Of a stretch of 64,000 bases of DNA, positions 19,751-28,341 are shown piece after piece. A program made the translations under genes and the position numbers. Each line of letters opens with the position of its first letter. The first letter of the stretch is position 1. The notes under the pieces were generated by a model. The model had not been told where the DNA came from. It did no database searches and saw only the letters and a program-made list of their open reading frames with translations. This DNA is from an uncultured Gammaproteobacteria bacterium. GTDB taxonomy: Bacteria; Patescibacteriota; Microgenomatia; UBA10105; UBA927. The stretch lies in NCBI GenBank assembly GCA_964527425.1, contig CAZGOA010000002.1, positions 5,000 through 68,999 of the forward strand, in the 5' to 3' direction.

Positions 19751-20911
19751 TTACTCATTCTCACCTACTATGACACGCACATCATATGCTGAGCTTTCGG
19801 GAAGGGTTGTGTCTGTTTCTCCGATTTCGTAACTTTCTGCAATATCTTTTTGAATAGTTTCTAACTGACTTGCCAAAGATTCTTTAATAATGATATCGGT
19901 ATTTTCGTATGTGTATGCTTCTGCATTTTTCGCTTCTAACACAGTGTATCCTAATTCTTCAAGGAAACTTCTCATTCGTCCACCTGCTCCGGCAACACCA
20001 CCTCCATTGAGAACTTGAATTTTTATTTCTGTTTTATTAACCGGTACGGGAGTAGGAGTTGCTGTTGGAACAACTTGTACTTGAGTAGGAGTGGGTGAAA
20101 TAACAGCAACAGGAGTTTGTTCTTTTGAACTTCTACTTGTGAAAAGTATGAGTCCTCCACCAACTCCAAGAGCAATCGCAATCATTGTTATTGCCCAAAG
20201 AATAATTCCTCTTGTATTTGAATGATGATGAACAGTAATCTCAGGCATGACAGATTGTGAAGTTTTTCCAAATAATTCTGCAACTTGTTCTTGTTGCCTT
20301 TCACTTACTTCGGGAGCTTTGTGTACTGTTATTGGTGGTTTTACCGGCTCTGAAACTTCTTCTGAATGTTCAGGCATTGGATCTGATTGTTCGTCTGTTT
20401 CATTTTCTGTTTCTTTTGGTGATTCTTCTTTTACTACCTCTATCGTTTGTTTAACTGGTGAACTTTCAGGTATGTCATCTTCTGCATCTTCCCGTACTAC
20501 GACTGTATCGCCCTCTGGTGTTGCACTTGCAGTCACTGTCGATTCATCATCTTCATCCATGAGCTCTTGGGCTCTATCGTTCAGTTTAAATGTCGGGGCG
20601 TCATCTACTCCATCAACTACTGGTAATTCATCCATTATTGGTTCAACTGTTTGTTTAGATGGTGCTTTTACTTCTGATTTTACTTCTAGTGTTGTTTCTT
20701 CGCCCTGTTTAACAACTACACTTTGCGGCGGAATAACAATGTTAATAGGAGAAGGTGTATCTCCCGGTTTTGTTTTGGGGACTACGACTTCTACGACTTG
20801 TTTCATAGCTGGTTCTTCTTCAACTGATTCTTCTTTTACAGGCTTAGCCGCAGGTTTGGTTGCTGGGGTTGTTGGGATTGTAAAACTGGGACGTTTTCGT
20901 TTTTTTTCCAT
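19751..20911 (-). CDS. Membrane protein with extracytoplasmic LytR_cpsA_psr C-terminal (LytR_C) domain and long acidic low-complexity N-terminal region
   Basis: C-terminus KIQVLNGGGVAGAGGRMRSFLEELGYTV...DVRVIVGEN matches LytR_C. A single TM helix (GIILWAITMIAIALGV). About 230 aa of N-terminal E/P/T/V-rich sequence. Confidence 0.55.
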   Translation of the reverse strand: MEKKRKRPSFTIPTTPATKPAAKPVKEESVEEEPAMKQVVEVVVPKTKPGDTPSPINIVIPPQSVVVKQGEETTLEVKSEVKAPSKQTVEPIMDELPVVDGVDDAPTFKLNDRAQELMDEDDESTVTASATPEGDTVVVREDAEDDIPESSPVKQTIEVVKEESPKETENETDEQSDPMPEHSEEVSEPVKPPITVHKAPEVSERQQEQVAELFGKTSQSVMPEITVHHHSNTRGIILWAITMIAIALGVGGGLILFTSRSSKEQTPVAVISPTPTQVQVVPTATPTPVPVNKTEIKIQVLNGGGVAGAGGRMRSFLEELGYTVLEAKNAEAYTYENTDIIIKESLASQLETIQKDIAESYEIGETDTTLPESSAYDVRVIVGENE

Positions 20912-21028
20912 ACGTAACTAGTGTATACCAGAGTTAACTACTCGTCTAGAAATAGTTTTATAAAAATTAGTAATGCATCATTAAGTCTTGTCACTATTTT
21001 CCAGAAAGATATTTAGAAGTTTTATAAC

Positions 21029-21059
21029 AAGGAATAACTCGATTACTCGAGTTTTCCTT
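21029..21059 (-). terminator. Hairpin 3' of HU gene (candidate terminator)
   Basis: AAGGAATAACTCGA-tta-CTCGAGTTTTCCTT, a near-perfect 13-bp stem 20-50 nt past the hup stop. The downstream U-tract on the minus strand is weak. Confidence 0.35.
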
Positions 21060-21080
21060 GCAAAAATTGTTTCCGAAGAT

Positions 21081-21353
21081 TTAGCGTACAACTTTTTTCA
21101 ATGCTTTTCCGGCTGTAAATCCAGGAGTTTTGCGAGCTGGAATATTAATTGTTGCCCCAGTTTGTGGATTTCGTCCTGCTCTGGATTTGCGTGATCTGAC
21201 CATAAAGGTTCCAAATCCGGTTACAACAACTTTGTCACCTTTTTTGAGTGAATCGGTAATTGATTGAAAAACTGCTGATACTGCTTCACGTGATGCTTTT
21301 GCAGTAAGACTTGCTTTCTTTGCAACTACTTCAATTAAGTCTGCTTTTGTCAT
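21081..21353 (-). CDS. hup: Nucleoid protein HU (HU/IHF family)
   Basis: MTKADLIEVVAKKASLTAKASREAV...GFGTFMVRSRKSRAGRNPQTGATINIPA... Confidence 0.9.
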   Translation of the reverse strand: MTKADLIEVVAKKASLTAKASREAVSAVFQSITDSLKKGDKVVVTGFGTFMVRSRKSRAGRNPQTGATINIPARKTPGFTAGKALKKVVR

Positions 21354-21584
21354 ATTTTCTTCTCACCTCCCTTTGGACAGATGGATAGAACAATACAAAA
21401 TTTTTTGCAGATTGCCATAGCAACCTTGTAGGCCCAATGTAGAGAATTTAGATTGAAGTGTCAAGAAGGAAGACGATTTTGCTTTCAACTATTATTGTAT
21501 TCTTTTACTATTTAAGAATACAAAGAATTGATTTATTCCTTCAGAATGGGCTATCTCACTTGGTGAATAAACAATCACCGATAT

Positions 21585-21603
21585 TACCGATCCAGGATCG
21601 ATT
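21585..21603. repeat. 19-bp palindrome TACCGATCCAGGATCGATT, copy 1 (about 20 nt 3' of rny stop)
   Basis: Direct reading. The arms are CGATCC/GGATCG. It shares extended arms with the copy at 23904. Confidence 0.5.
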
Positions 21604-21623
21604 TGCATTCTGGATCTGTAGAG

Positions 21624-23186
21624 TTATTTTCTGTTTTCTTTACTTGAGTCAGCTGTTGCTGTTGCTCGAAGTTCACGAATGACAGAAATTTTGATACTTC
21701 CGGGAAAAGTAAGTTTTCTTTCTATTTCATCTTTAACTTGAGATGCCATGATGGTTGCTGTTGCATCATCTACCTTTCCAGGATCAACTGCGATACGCAA
21801 ATCTCTGCCCGCCTGAAATGCTATAACGTCTGTAACACCGGGATGTGACTTGGCAATATCTTCTAGATCTTTTAAGCGTTTAACGTATTCTTCGTAATTC
21901 TCATATCGTGCACCTGGTCTTGATCCTGAAATAGCATCTGATATGTATACGAGCATAGACTCACCTGATGTAAATGGTGTGTCTTCGTGGTGTTGTGCAA
22001 CACAGTCGATAACCTTCTGTGGAAGATTATATTTTCTTAATAATTCAACACCTAAATCAATATGGTTTCCATCCTTATCCATGACTACTTTTCCGATATC
22101 ATGAAGTAAACAGCCAAGTCTAACCACGTTTACGTCTGCTCCTGTTTCTTGGGCTAGTGCTATACCAATCTTTGTTTCCTCAAGGGTATGAGCTATCATG
22201 TTTTGTCCGTATGAGAAACGATATTTAAATCGTCCTAATAAGGCTACGATGGGAGCAGGTAAATTATAAACACCCACAGCGTGACATAATTTTTGACCTT
22301 CCTCAAACATGATGCGTTCGATATCTTTTTTGACCTGATCGACAATATCTTCAATACGGCCTGGTTGTATACGGCCATCTTTCATAAGTCTTTCTAGCGT
22401 TACTCGAGCAATTTCCCGCCTGACAGGATCAAAGGATGATAAACGGATTACTCCTTCTTCATCAAGGTCAACATCAACTCCAGTAGCGTTCTCAAAAGAA
22501 CGAATGTTACGGCCTTCTTTTCCGATAATTCTTCCTTTAACCTCTTCATCAGGTACTTTTACAACAGAAACTGTGTACTCTGAAACATAGTCTGTAGCAC
22601 CATGTTTCATAGCATCGATTAATATTTCCCGGGCTTTTTCTTGAGCTTCTTCTTTGGCTTTTTCAGTTGCCTGACGGATTTCCTTGGCAATTTCTTCTTT
22701 TGTTTTTAGTTTTACCTGTTCCATGATAAGATCTTTTGCCTCATCACGGGTAAGATTTGCAACTTGTTCGAGTTTGTTTAATGTCTGATCTTTAAGTGTA
22801 TCTATCTCTCGCTTCGTTTTTTCTGTTTGTTCTTCCAACACTTTTAATCTTCGTTCCTGATCTTCTATGGTGCCTTCTCTACGGGCTAGAGTTTCTGATT
22901 TTTTACGGATTTCTTCTTCTCCTTCACGGCGAATACGAAGCGCTTCGTCTTTGGCTTCAAGTATTATTTCTTTTGCTTTTGCCTGAGCTATTCGTAGTTC
23001 TGCTTCCATATCAACGGTTGGAGCTTGTACAACAGGCGTTGAGGAAATAGCAGGTACTGTTTGCGCTGGTTGTTGAGCCGTTTTTACTGGTTCTGCAACA
23101 GTAACAGGTGGTTTTACTTCTTTTGTTTTTACTCGTTGTGGCTTGGTTTTTACTAGTTCACTGAGTGTTTTAAGTACATCAAACAT
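21624..23186 (-). CDS. rny: Ribonuclease Y (KH + HD domains); lacks the usual N-terminal membrane anchor
   Basis: KH IGKEGRNIRSFENATGVDV. HD LLHDIGK. Strong SD AAGGAGG 6 nt upstream of the ATG. The N-terminal 60 aa are Pro/Ala/Thr/Val-rich, not hydrophobic. Confidence 0.9.
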   Translation of the reverse strand: MFDVLKTLSELVKTKPQRVKTKEVKPPVTVAEPVKTAQQPAQTVPAISSTPVVQAPTVDMEAELRIAQAKAKEIILEAKDEALRIRREGEEEIRKKSETLARREGTIEDQERRLKVLEEQTEKTKREIDTLKDQTLNKLEQVANLTRDEAKDLIMEQVKLKTKEEIAKEIRQATEKAKEEAQEKAREILIDAMKHGATDYVSEYTVSVVKVPDEEVKGRIIGKEGRNIRSFENATGVDVDLDEEGVIRLSSFDPVRREIARVTLERLMKDGRIQPGRIEDIVDQVKKDIERIMFEEGQKLCHAVGVYNLPAPIVALLGRFKYRFSYGQNMIAHTLEETKIGIALAQETGADVNVVRLGCLLHDIGKVVMDKDGNHIDLGVELLRKYNLPQKVIDCVAQHHEDTPFTSGESMLVYISDAISGSRPGARYENYEEYVKRLKDLEDIAKSHPGVTDVIAFQAGRDLRIAVDPGKVDDATATIMASQVKDEIERKLTFPGSIKISVIRELRATATADSSKENRK

Positions 23187-23351
23187 GAATCCTCCTTTAG
23201 AATTATGCTTTGAAGAATATTTTTAAACAGGGAGAACGCGAAGCTTAACTAAGCCCCAAATGTGTAGGTGAAGACCAATGTCTTGTTTTATTGTGTAAAT
23301 GCCTACTTAATTGATGCGTTTCTACCATGTAAATAGCCTCCAAATTGAATA

Positions 23352-23846
23352 CTACATGTTAATTTCTGTGGTTGTATTGTATGCGGATTTCCCGTATTCG
23401 TCAACCAAAGACCGTATAACTGAGCGAGAAAAGCCTCTACTTAAAAGGTAGGATTGAATGCGCCGCATACGTTTTTCTACAGATAGAGTCTTCCACAGTG
23501 GTAGCTTTTTTTGAAGAAGGAATCGCGCAGACGTTAATTCTTGCTGTTCATCGAGTGTTATGACTTTTTTAATAGTAAGTTCAGAAATATTGTGTTTTTT
23601 AAGTAATTGTTCTAAAAAGCGTCTTCCTTTTGCTTTTTTACCCTGATAGGAATCTATGACAAATTGGGCAAAGGTTTCATCATTCAGATAATTCATTTCC
23701 TGAAGTCTTTTGACGATGCGTTCAATAATCTGAGAATCTGTCGTACGCTTATGTAGATAATCGGTTACTTCTTTTGCAGATCTTGGCCTGACAGAAATAT
23801 ATCTCAATGTTTTGGCCATGGTTGAGCTATAAAGGGATTCATCCAT
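23352..23846 (-). CDS. recX: RecA regulator RecX
   Basis: Three-helix-repeat protein of about 160 aa immediately downstream of recA. SAKEVTDYLHKR...FAQFVIDSY... pattern. Confidence 0.65.
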   Translation of the reverse strand: MDESLYSSTMAKTLRYISVRPRSAKEVTDYLHKRTTDSQIIERIVKRLQEMNYLNDETFAQFVIDSYQGKKAKGRRFLEQLLKKHNISELTIKKVITLDEQQELTSARFLLQKKLPLWKTLSVEKRMRRIQSYLLSRGFSRSVIRSLVDEYGKSAYNTTTEINM

Positions 23847-23903
23847 AGTACGTAAACGAAGTATATATGATTATTTTCAGGATGTTATATGGCCTTATAG
23901 TAT

Positions 23904-23922
23904 TTCCGATCCGGGATCGGTA
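23904..23922. repeat. 19-bp palindrome TTCCGATCCGGGATCGGTA, copy 2 (4 nt 3' of recA stop)
   Basis: Direct reading. 7-bp perfect arms CCGATCC/GGATCGG. Confidence 0.5.
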
Positions 23923-23925
23923 ATG

Positions 23926-24975
23926 CTATTCTTCATCATCGTCATGAGTATTCACTACGACTTTGGTACCAGCTGCTCCCGATCGCATTGTTTTCCAGAT
24001 TTGATCGTTTAATTCTTTTACTACTTTAGGATTTTCACGCAAATACTGTCCTGCTGCGTCACGTCCTTGACCAATTGTTTGACCGTTCATTTTAATAAAT
24101 GCTCCTGCTTTTGTTAGTAAACCAAATTCTAGGGACACATCTAAAATACCGCCTTCTTTATTGATTCCTGATGCAAATACATCATATTCTGCGACTCTAA
24201 ATGGTGGAGAAACTTTGTTTTTTACTACTCTTACTCTATGTCTACTACCAATAACTTTATCCCCTTCTTTGAGTGATTCTATTTTTCTAGAATCTAATCT
24301 GACACTGGCATAGAACTTCATAGCGAGTCCGCCGGGAGTCGTTTCTGGATTGCCAAACATGACACCAATTTTTTGTCTTAATTGATTTGTAAAAATCATA
24401 ACTGTTTTTGATTTAGAAATCACTGCTGTTAGTTTTCTCAGTGCTTGTGACATGAGACGTGCCTGGACACCCATAACGCTATCGCCCATTTCTCCTTCTA
24501 TTTCTGCTCGTGGAACTAAAGCTGCCACAGAGTCAACAACAATAACATCAACTCCTCCACTGCGAATAAGTGTTTCAGCAATTTCCAGTGCTTGTTCTCC
24601 TGTGTCTGGTTGAGAAATGAGAAGATCATCAAGATTTACTCCCAGTGTTTGTGCCCATGCTGGATCTAAGGCATGTTCTGCATCGATAAATGCAGCTACT
24701 CCACCAGTACGCTGTGCTTCGGCAATTACTGATAGACAGACGGTTGTTTTTCCTGATGCTTCTGGTCCATAGATTTCTATAATTCTGCCTCGAGGAAATC
24801 CTCCAATACCTAGGGCTACATCAAGAGGCAGTATACCTGTTGGGATAGTTTCTATTCCTGTTTTGGCAGATGCTTGTTCTCCAAGTCGCATGATAGAACC
24901 TTTTCCATATTGTTTTTCTATTTGATCGAGTGCCATTTTTATTGCTTGGAGTTTTTGGTTTTGTTGATCTGCCAT
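23926..24975 (-). CDS. recA: Recombinase RecA
   Basis: [33 protein letters not shown]...[12 protein letters not shown]. The start was set at the internal Met (ATG 24975), giving 349 aa. The track ORF extends to 25038. Confidence 0.95.
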   Translation of the reverse strand: MADQQNQKLQAIKMALDQIEKQYGKGSIMRLGEQASAKTGIETIPTGILPLDVALGIGGFPRGRIIEIYGPEASGKTTVCLSVIAEAQRTGGVAAFIDAEHALDPAWAQTLGVNLDDLLISQPDTGEQALEIAETLIRSGGVDVIVVDSVAALVPRAEIEGEMGDSVMGVQARLMSQALRKLTAVISKSKTVMIFTNQLRQKIGVMFGNPETTPGGLAMKFYASVRLDSRKIESLKEGDKVIGSRHRVRVVKNKVSPPFRVAEYDVFASGINKEGGILDVSLEFGLLTKAGAFIKMNGQTIGQGRDAAGQYLRENPKVVKELNDQIWKTMRSGAAGTKVVVNTHDDDEE

Positions 24976-25128
24976 AGATATCCTTTCTTGTTTGATCGTG
25001 TTTGTTATATTTTTATAGTTTGCTTCATAATTACACAAAGCATGATAGAATACAAGCTAGAATCTAGCACTTTCTATAGTGACAAAGAAAGATTAAATTT
25101 TAATTAAATAATCTTAAGAGATTAATTC

Positions 25129-25202
25129 CGGGGTGTGGCGCAATTGGATAGCGCATTCGCATGGGGTGCGAAAGGCTGCACGTTCAAATCGTGTCACCCC
25201 GA
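25129..25202 (+). tRNA. tRNA-Pro (anticodon GGG)
   Basis: Hand-folded cloverleaf: acceptor CGGGGTG/CACCCCG, T8, D-stem GCGC/GCGC, anticodon stem TTCGC/GCGAA with loop ATGGGGT (G37), T-arm GCACG-TTCAAAT-CGTGT, discriminator A. CCA is not encoded. Confidence 0.8.
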
Positions 25203-25348
25203 CAACCTAAATAATCAATATAGAGTATATTTATTGTTCATATTTTATACTGAATTATTTAAATTTATTAACTTATAAGCTCTATATAAAACATGTAAAT
25301 AATATTCATATCTGCTTACAGTTACTTACTATGCAGTAAAATAATCTC

Positions 25349-25981
25349 CTATTCCTGACCACGAAGTTTATAGAGTAAGATTTGTCGTGTCACCATGTGA
25401 ATTGGTTGAAGATGTAATATATATTCTTTACCTGGAAATTGTATGATTGCTGAACGTTTAAGTAGTTGAGACTGTGATCTAAAAATGCGTATTCCTTTAA
25501 ACGTTGAACTTTGGGGAAACATTTTTGTAAGAGCAAACCATACAGGAAATGATGCATGAATGGTGTCTTGCGGTTCATCGTTCCATTCATATACTGTATC
25601 CGCATCTGCAGGATCTTTTTGTATAATAACGGCAGAATATGCTTGATTATCTGCCAATAGAGATGCCTGGGTCGCTCCAAATACTATTTGCTGTAGCGCC
25701 AGTGTTTCATTTCCTTCTAATTTGTGACGTTTGCTTTCAATTGCTGCTGCTTTATCTGACCAAACTCTAAGTATCTGAGCCTTCCTTCTCCTTACCTCAA
25801 GTGTTACATTACTGCCGGTTGCAAGAAGCTCAACTTGATTACGCAACTGTTCTTCATCGGTTAATCCAGATGAGTTGTTCAATAAAAACACAAATAAATC
25901 ACTAGTTGATGAAAGCAATTGAGGAGTTTGAACTGAATACTCCCCTACGTATATCTGATGTTCTGAATGCATATCATTCAT
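25349..25981 (-). CDS. Hypothetical protein (210 aa), no recognisable motif
   Basis: ORF only. 13 bp from the next upstream gene on the same strand. Confidence 0.4.
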   Translation of the reverse strand: MNDMHSEHQIYVGEYSVQTPQLLSSTSDLFVFLLNNSSGLTDEEQLRNQVELLATGSNVTLEVRRRKAQILRVWSDKAAAIESKRHKLEGNETLALQQIVFGATQASLLADNQAYSAVIIQKDPADADTVYEWNDEPQDTIHASFPVWFALTKMFPQSSTFKGIRIFRSQSQLLKRSAIIQFPGKEYILHLQPIHMVTRQILLYKLRGQE

Positions 25982-25994
25982 ACATGTATGGTAT

Positions 25995-26816
25995 TTATTG
26001 TTGAGTGTTTTTCGATATCAACATATCATCCTTAGTTTGTTTTACCCAGTTATTGTAATCTTGTTCGAGATGTCTTGTTATTGTTTGAGGGTCTTTCCCG
26101 GACAGAATATTTGAGAAAGGAATTTGATCTGAGAAATAGACCTTAAGTGTAGGCAATAATCTACCTAAATGAGGAATATATCGAAGGTAATCCAGTATTG
26201 AAGATCCTTGGATATATGCAAACATAACAACCGCTGAGTGATTATGGACTTGAGTTATGAGGTGGCCTACTCCCTTAAACCAAGGTGCATTTCTTTTTAC
26301 TAGTCCGGGATTGGGGAAAAACATCACAAGTTCCCCTTGGGTAATTAGGTCTGCTGCTTTTTTTATTTGTTCGCGATTATAAAGATGCGCTTCTTTGTAG
26401 TGTTTGTGAGGTATTGGTTTAATCCAACTCATTAGCTTAATGAGTACTTTACCAAGTATATCGGTAACATGATGATCTATAGAAACGGGAATTAAATACT
26501 GATCTGTGTGATGGCTTAATCCGGTAAAGAGTTCGTTTGCAACGATATGTAGTGATTTTCGTTGAGGGAGCTGTGAAATAAGTGCAGGTACTTCGTATAT
26601 ATGTGGATGATTTGAGAGTAGTAATACTGGTTTATGTTGTAAGGCATCGCTACTCTGCTGAGTAAGACGTTTTGTACTTACTTTTGAACCTGATTCTGTG
26701 ACAATCGTTTGAAACGCAACGATAAGTCCCTGGTGTAGCACGTGTTGATCAAATTGAGCTATTTTTTGCGTTATGTAGCGTTTCATAGATACTCTATGTT
26801 CTATCATACTCAACAT
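25995..26816 (-). CDS. Putative acyltransferase-like protein (divergent PlsC/LPLAT-like motifs)
   Basis: LLLSNHPHIYE (NH...acidic) and FFPNPG, resembling LPLAT motifs I and III but atypical. The start was placed at the internal Met MLSMIEH to avoid a 5' overlap with the divergent hydrolase gene. The track ORF runs to 26867. Confidence 0.3.
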   Translation of the reverse strand: MLSMIEHRVSMKRYITQKIAQFDQHVLHQGLIVAFQTIVTESGSKVSTKRLTQQSSDALQHKPVLLLSNHPHIYEVPALISQLPQRKSLHIVANELFTGLSHHTDQYLIPVSIDHHVTDILGKVLIKLMSWIKPIPHKHYKEAHLYNREQIKKAADLITQGELVMFFPNPGLVKRNAPWFKGVGHLITQVHNHSAVVMFAYIQGSSILDYLRYIPHLGRLLPTLKVYFSDQIPFSNILSGKDPQTITRHLEQDYNNWVKQTKDDMLISKNTQQ

Positions 26817-26861
26817 GCTGTCGTATTTTACAGATGCTCTATTATATCCTATAATACTACT

Positions 26862-27914
26862 ATGCACACTGACGAATTTACTAGTAGAAATATTGAATCA
26901 GGTGTAGCCTGGTCAAGGACGTCGTATGAAGTGATGGGACAACGTGTAACACTTGAGTGGAAAGATTTTTTACCACAAGAACAACCTCCTTTCACCAAAG
27001 TTAATTTTGAACCGAAAAATCTTAAAGTATATTCAGAAACTCCGATTGTTTCGTTGTTAGGATGGACTATGTATCCACAAGCTGAGATGCTTAAGGATCT
27101 TCATCAAACCTTATCCACCTATGCGAGAGCTCCTGTATATGCAATTAAAGCTAGAATTGATAGGAGTCATCCCAATTCAGCAATGTTTGAAGCAGCTGCG
27201 GTAAAAAGATTTACTGAAGATATGAATTTTGGACGGGTAAATATTCTCGGTACATCACTTGGTGGACTTCAAGCTACTCATGCAGCTGTAGCATGTGAAA
27301 AAAGTGGTATTACTGTACAAAAGATAGTACTTGTGGATTCTATGGGGTTATATGACCAATCTCTCTTTTCGCTCATGTTTAACTATGGGCGTGATTTAGG
27401 AGAGACGCAACTAAGAGTGTTATATCGTGCATTTATGAAATCTAACAATCCAGTCTTACGGTTTGTTAAAAAAACAATACTTTCTGATACATTACCACAG
27501 CCTCCCTATATCAATCATGGAGAAGTGATTAACATGCAACACTGGAGGTATATGAGAGATAGTGTATATGGCTTGCTCAAAGATATTGCAAAAACAGGCA
27601 TCATTGGTTATCCCAGAAAATTAGCTCATGAAATACAGCAAATGATATCTGTCAATGAAAGTGCAAGAAAGATAACTGCACCTGTCGTGCTTATCCATGG
27701 AATAGATGACTATATTTCAAGACCGCATCATATTATTCCTGATGGTAAAGGAGGCATAGAAAACGATTTTGAAATACGACAAGCGCTAATATCGAATTTA
27801 TATCCCCTGAGTTCTGATGCAAGGATTATTGTTGCAAGTAAATTAGGAAATCATGATTTAAGTATCGCCCGTGGGAAATCCACAGGAATAGCGATTGCTC
27901 ACTTTGTTTCATAA
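26862..27914 (+). CDS. Alpha/beta-hydrolase fold esterase/lipase
   Basis: Nucleophile elbow GTSLGG, acid LVDSMG, C-terminal His in GNHD. The start was set at the internal ATG 26862; the track ORF from 26742 would overlap the divergent gene. Confidence 0.65.
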   Translation: MHTDEFTSRNIESGVAWSRTSYEVMGQRVTLEWKDFLPQEQPPFTKVNFEPKNLKVYSETPIVSLLGWTMYPQAEMLKDLHQTLSTYARAPVYAIKARIDRSHPNSAMFEAAAVKRFTEDMNFGRVNILGTSLGGLQATHAAVACEKSGITVQKIVLVDSMGLYDQSLFSLMFNYGRDLGETQLRVLYRAFMKSNNPVLRFVKKTILSDTLPQPPYINHGEVINMQHWRYMRDSVYGLLKDIAKTGIIGYPRKLAHEIQQMISVNESARKITAPVVLIHGIDDYISRPHHIIPDGKGGIENDFEIRQALISNLYPLSSDARIIVASKLGNHDLSIARGKSTGIAIAHFVS

Positions 27915-27964
27915 GTGTAAATCACTATTGTAACCTCACAACTGACCAGCTAGGATTACTATAT

Positions 27965-28333
27965 ATGTCAGAAAAAATGATTGGATATATACTTCTTGTT
28001 GTAGGTATTGGGATTATTTTGTTTTCTGCATTTGATGTCATACTGGTGTTTACCAAAAGTAAGGAGCCAATACAGTTTTTCTCCTTTTCTGGTTTATCGA
28101 TAGATTTTGCTCGTTTTTTACCTGAGGAATTATCTCAACTGAATCAGATGAGAGGCAACACGCAAATGAATCAGGAAATCATTCCTGCAGATATGATTAA
28201 TATAACGAGTAATATCTTTATACATTTAATCTTTATGGGATTTTTTGCCTCTGTGGGAATGCGCATAGCAACGATTGGAACGTATTTATTACGATCCATT
28301 CATGTACACCTTAAAGAAGAAAAGACTAGTTGA
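27965..28333 (+). CDS. Small membrane protein (about 3 TM), hypothetical
   Basis: Hydrophobic segments ILLVVGIGIILFSAFDVILVF and IFIHLIFMGFFASVGMRIATIG. Confidence 0.4.
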   Translation: MSEKMIGYILLVVGIGIILFSAFDVILVFTKSKEPIQFFSFSGLSIDFARFLPEELSQLNQMRGNTQMNQEIIPADMINITSNIFIHLIFMGFFASVGMRIATIGTYLLRSIHVHLKEEKTS

Positions 28334-28341
28334 CCTCACGT

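Noticed and set aside
25203-25348. A genomic island boundary (attL/attR) at tRNA-Pro.
   Set aside because: There is no integrase gene, and I could not find a duplicated 3' tRNA segment downstream. The observation is left as a tentative accessory-region finding only.
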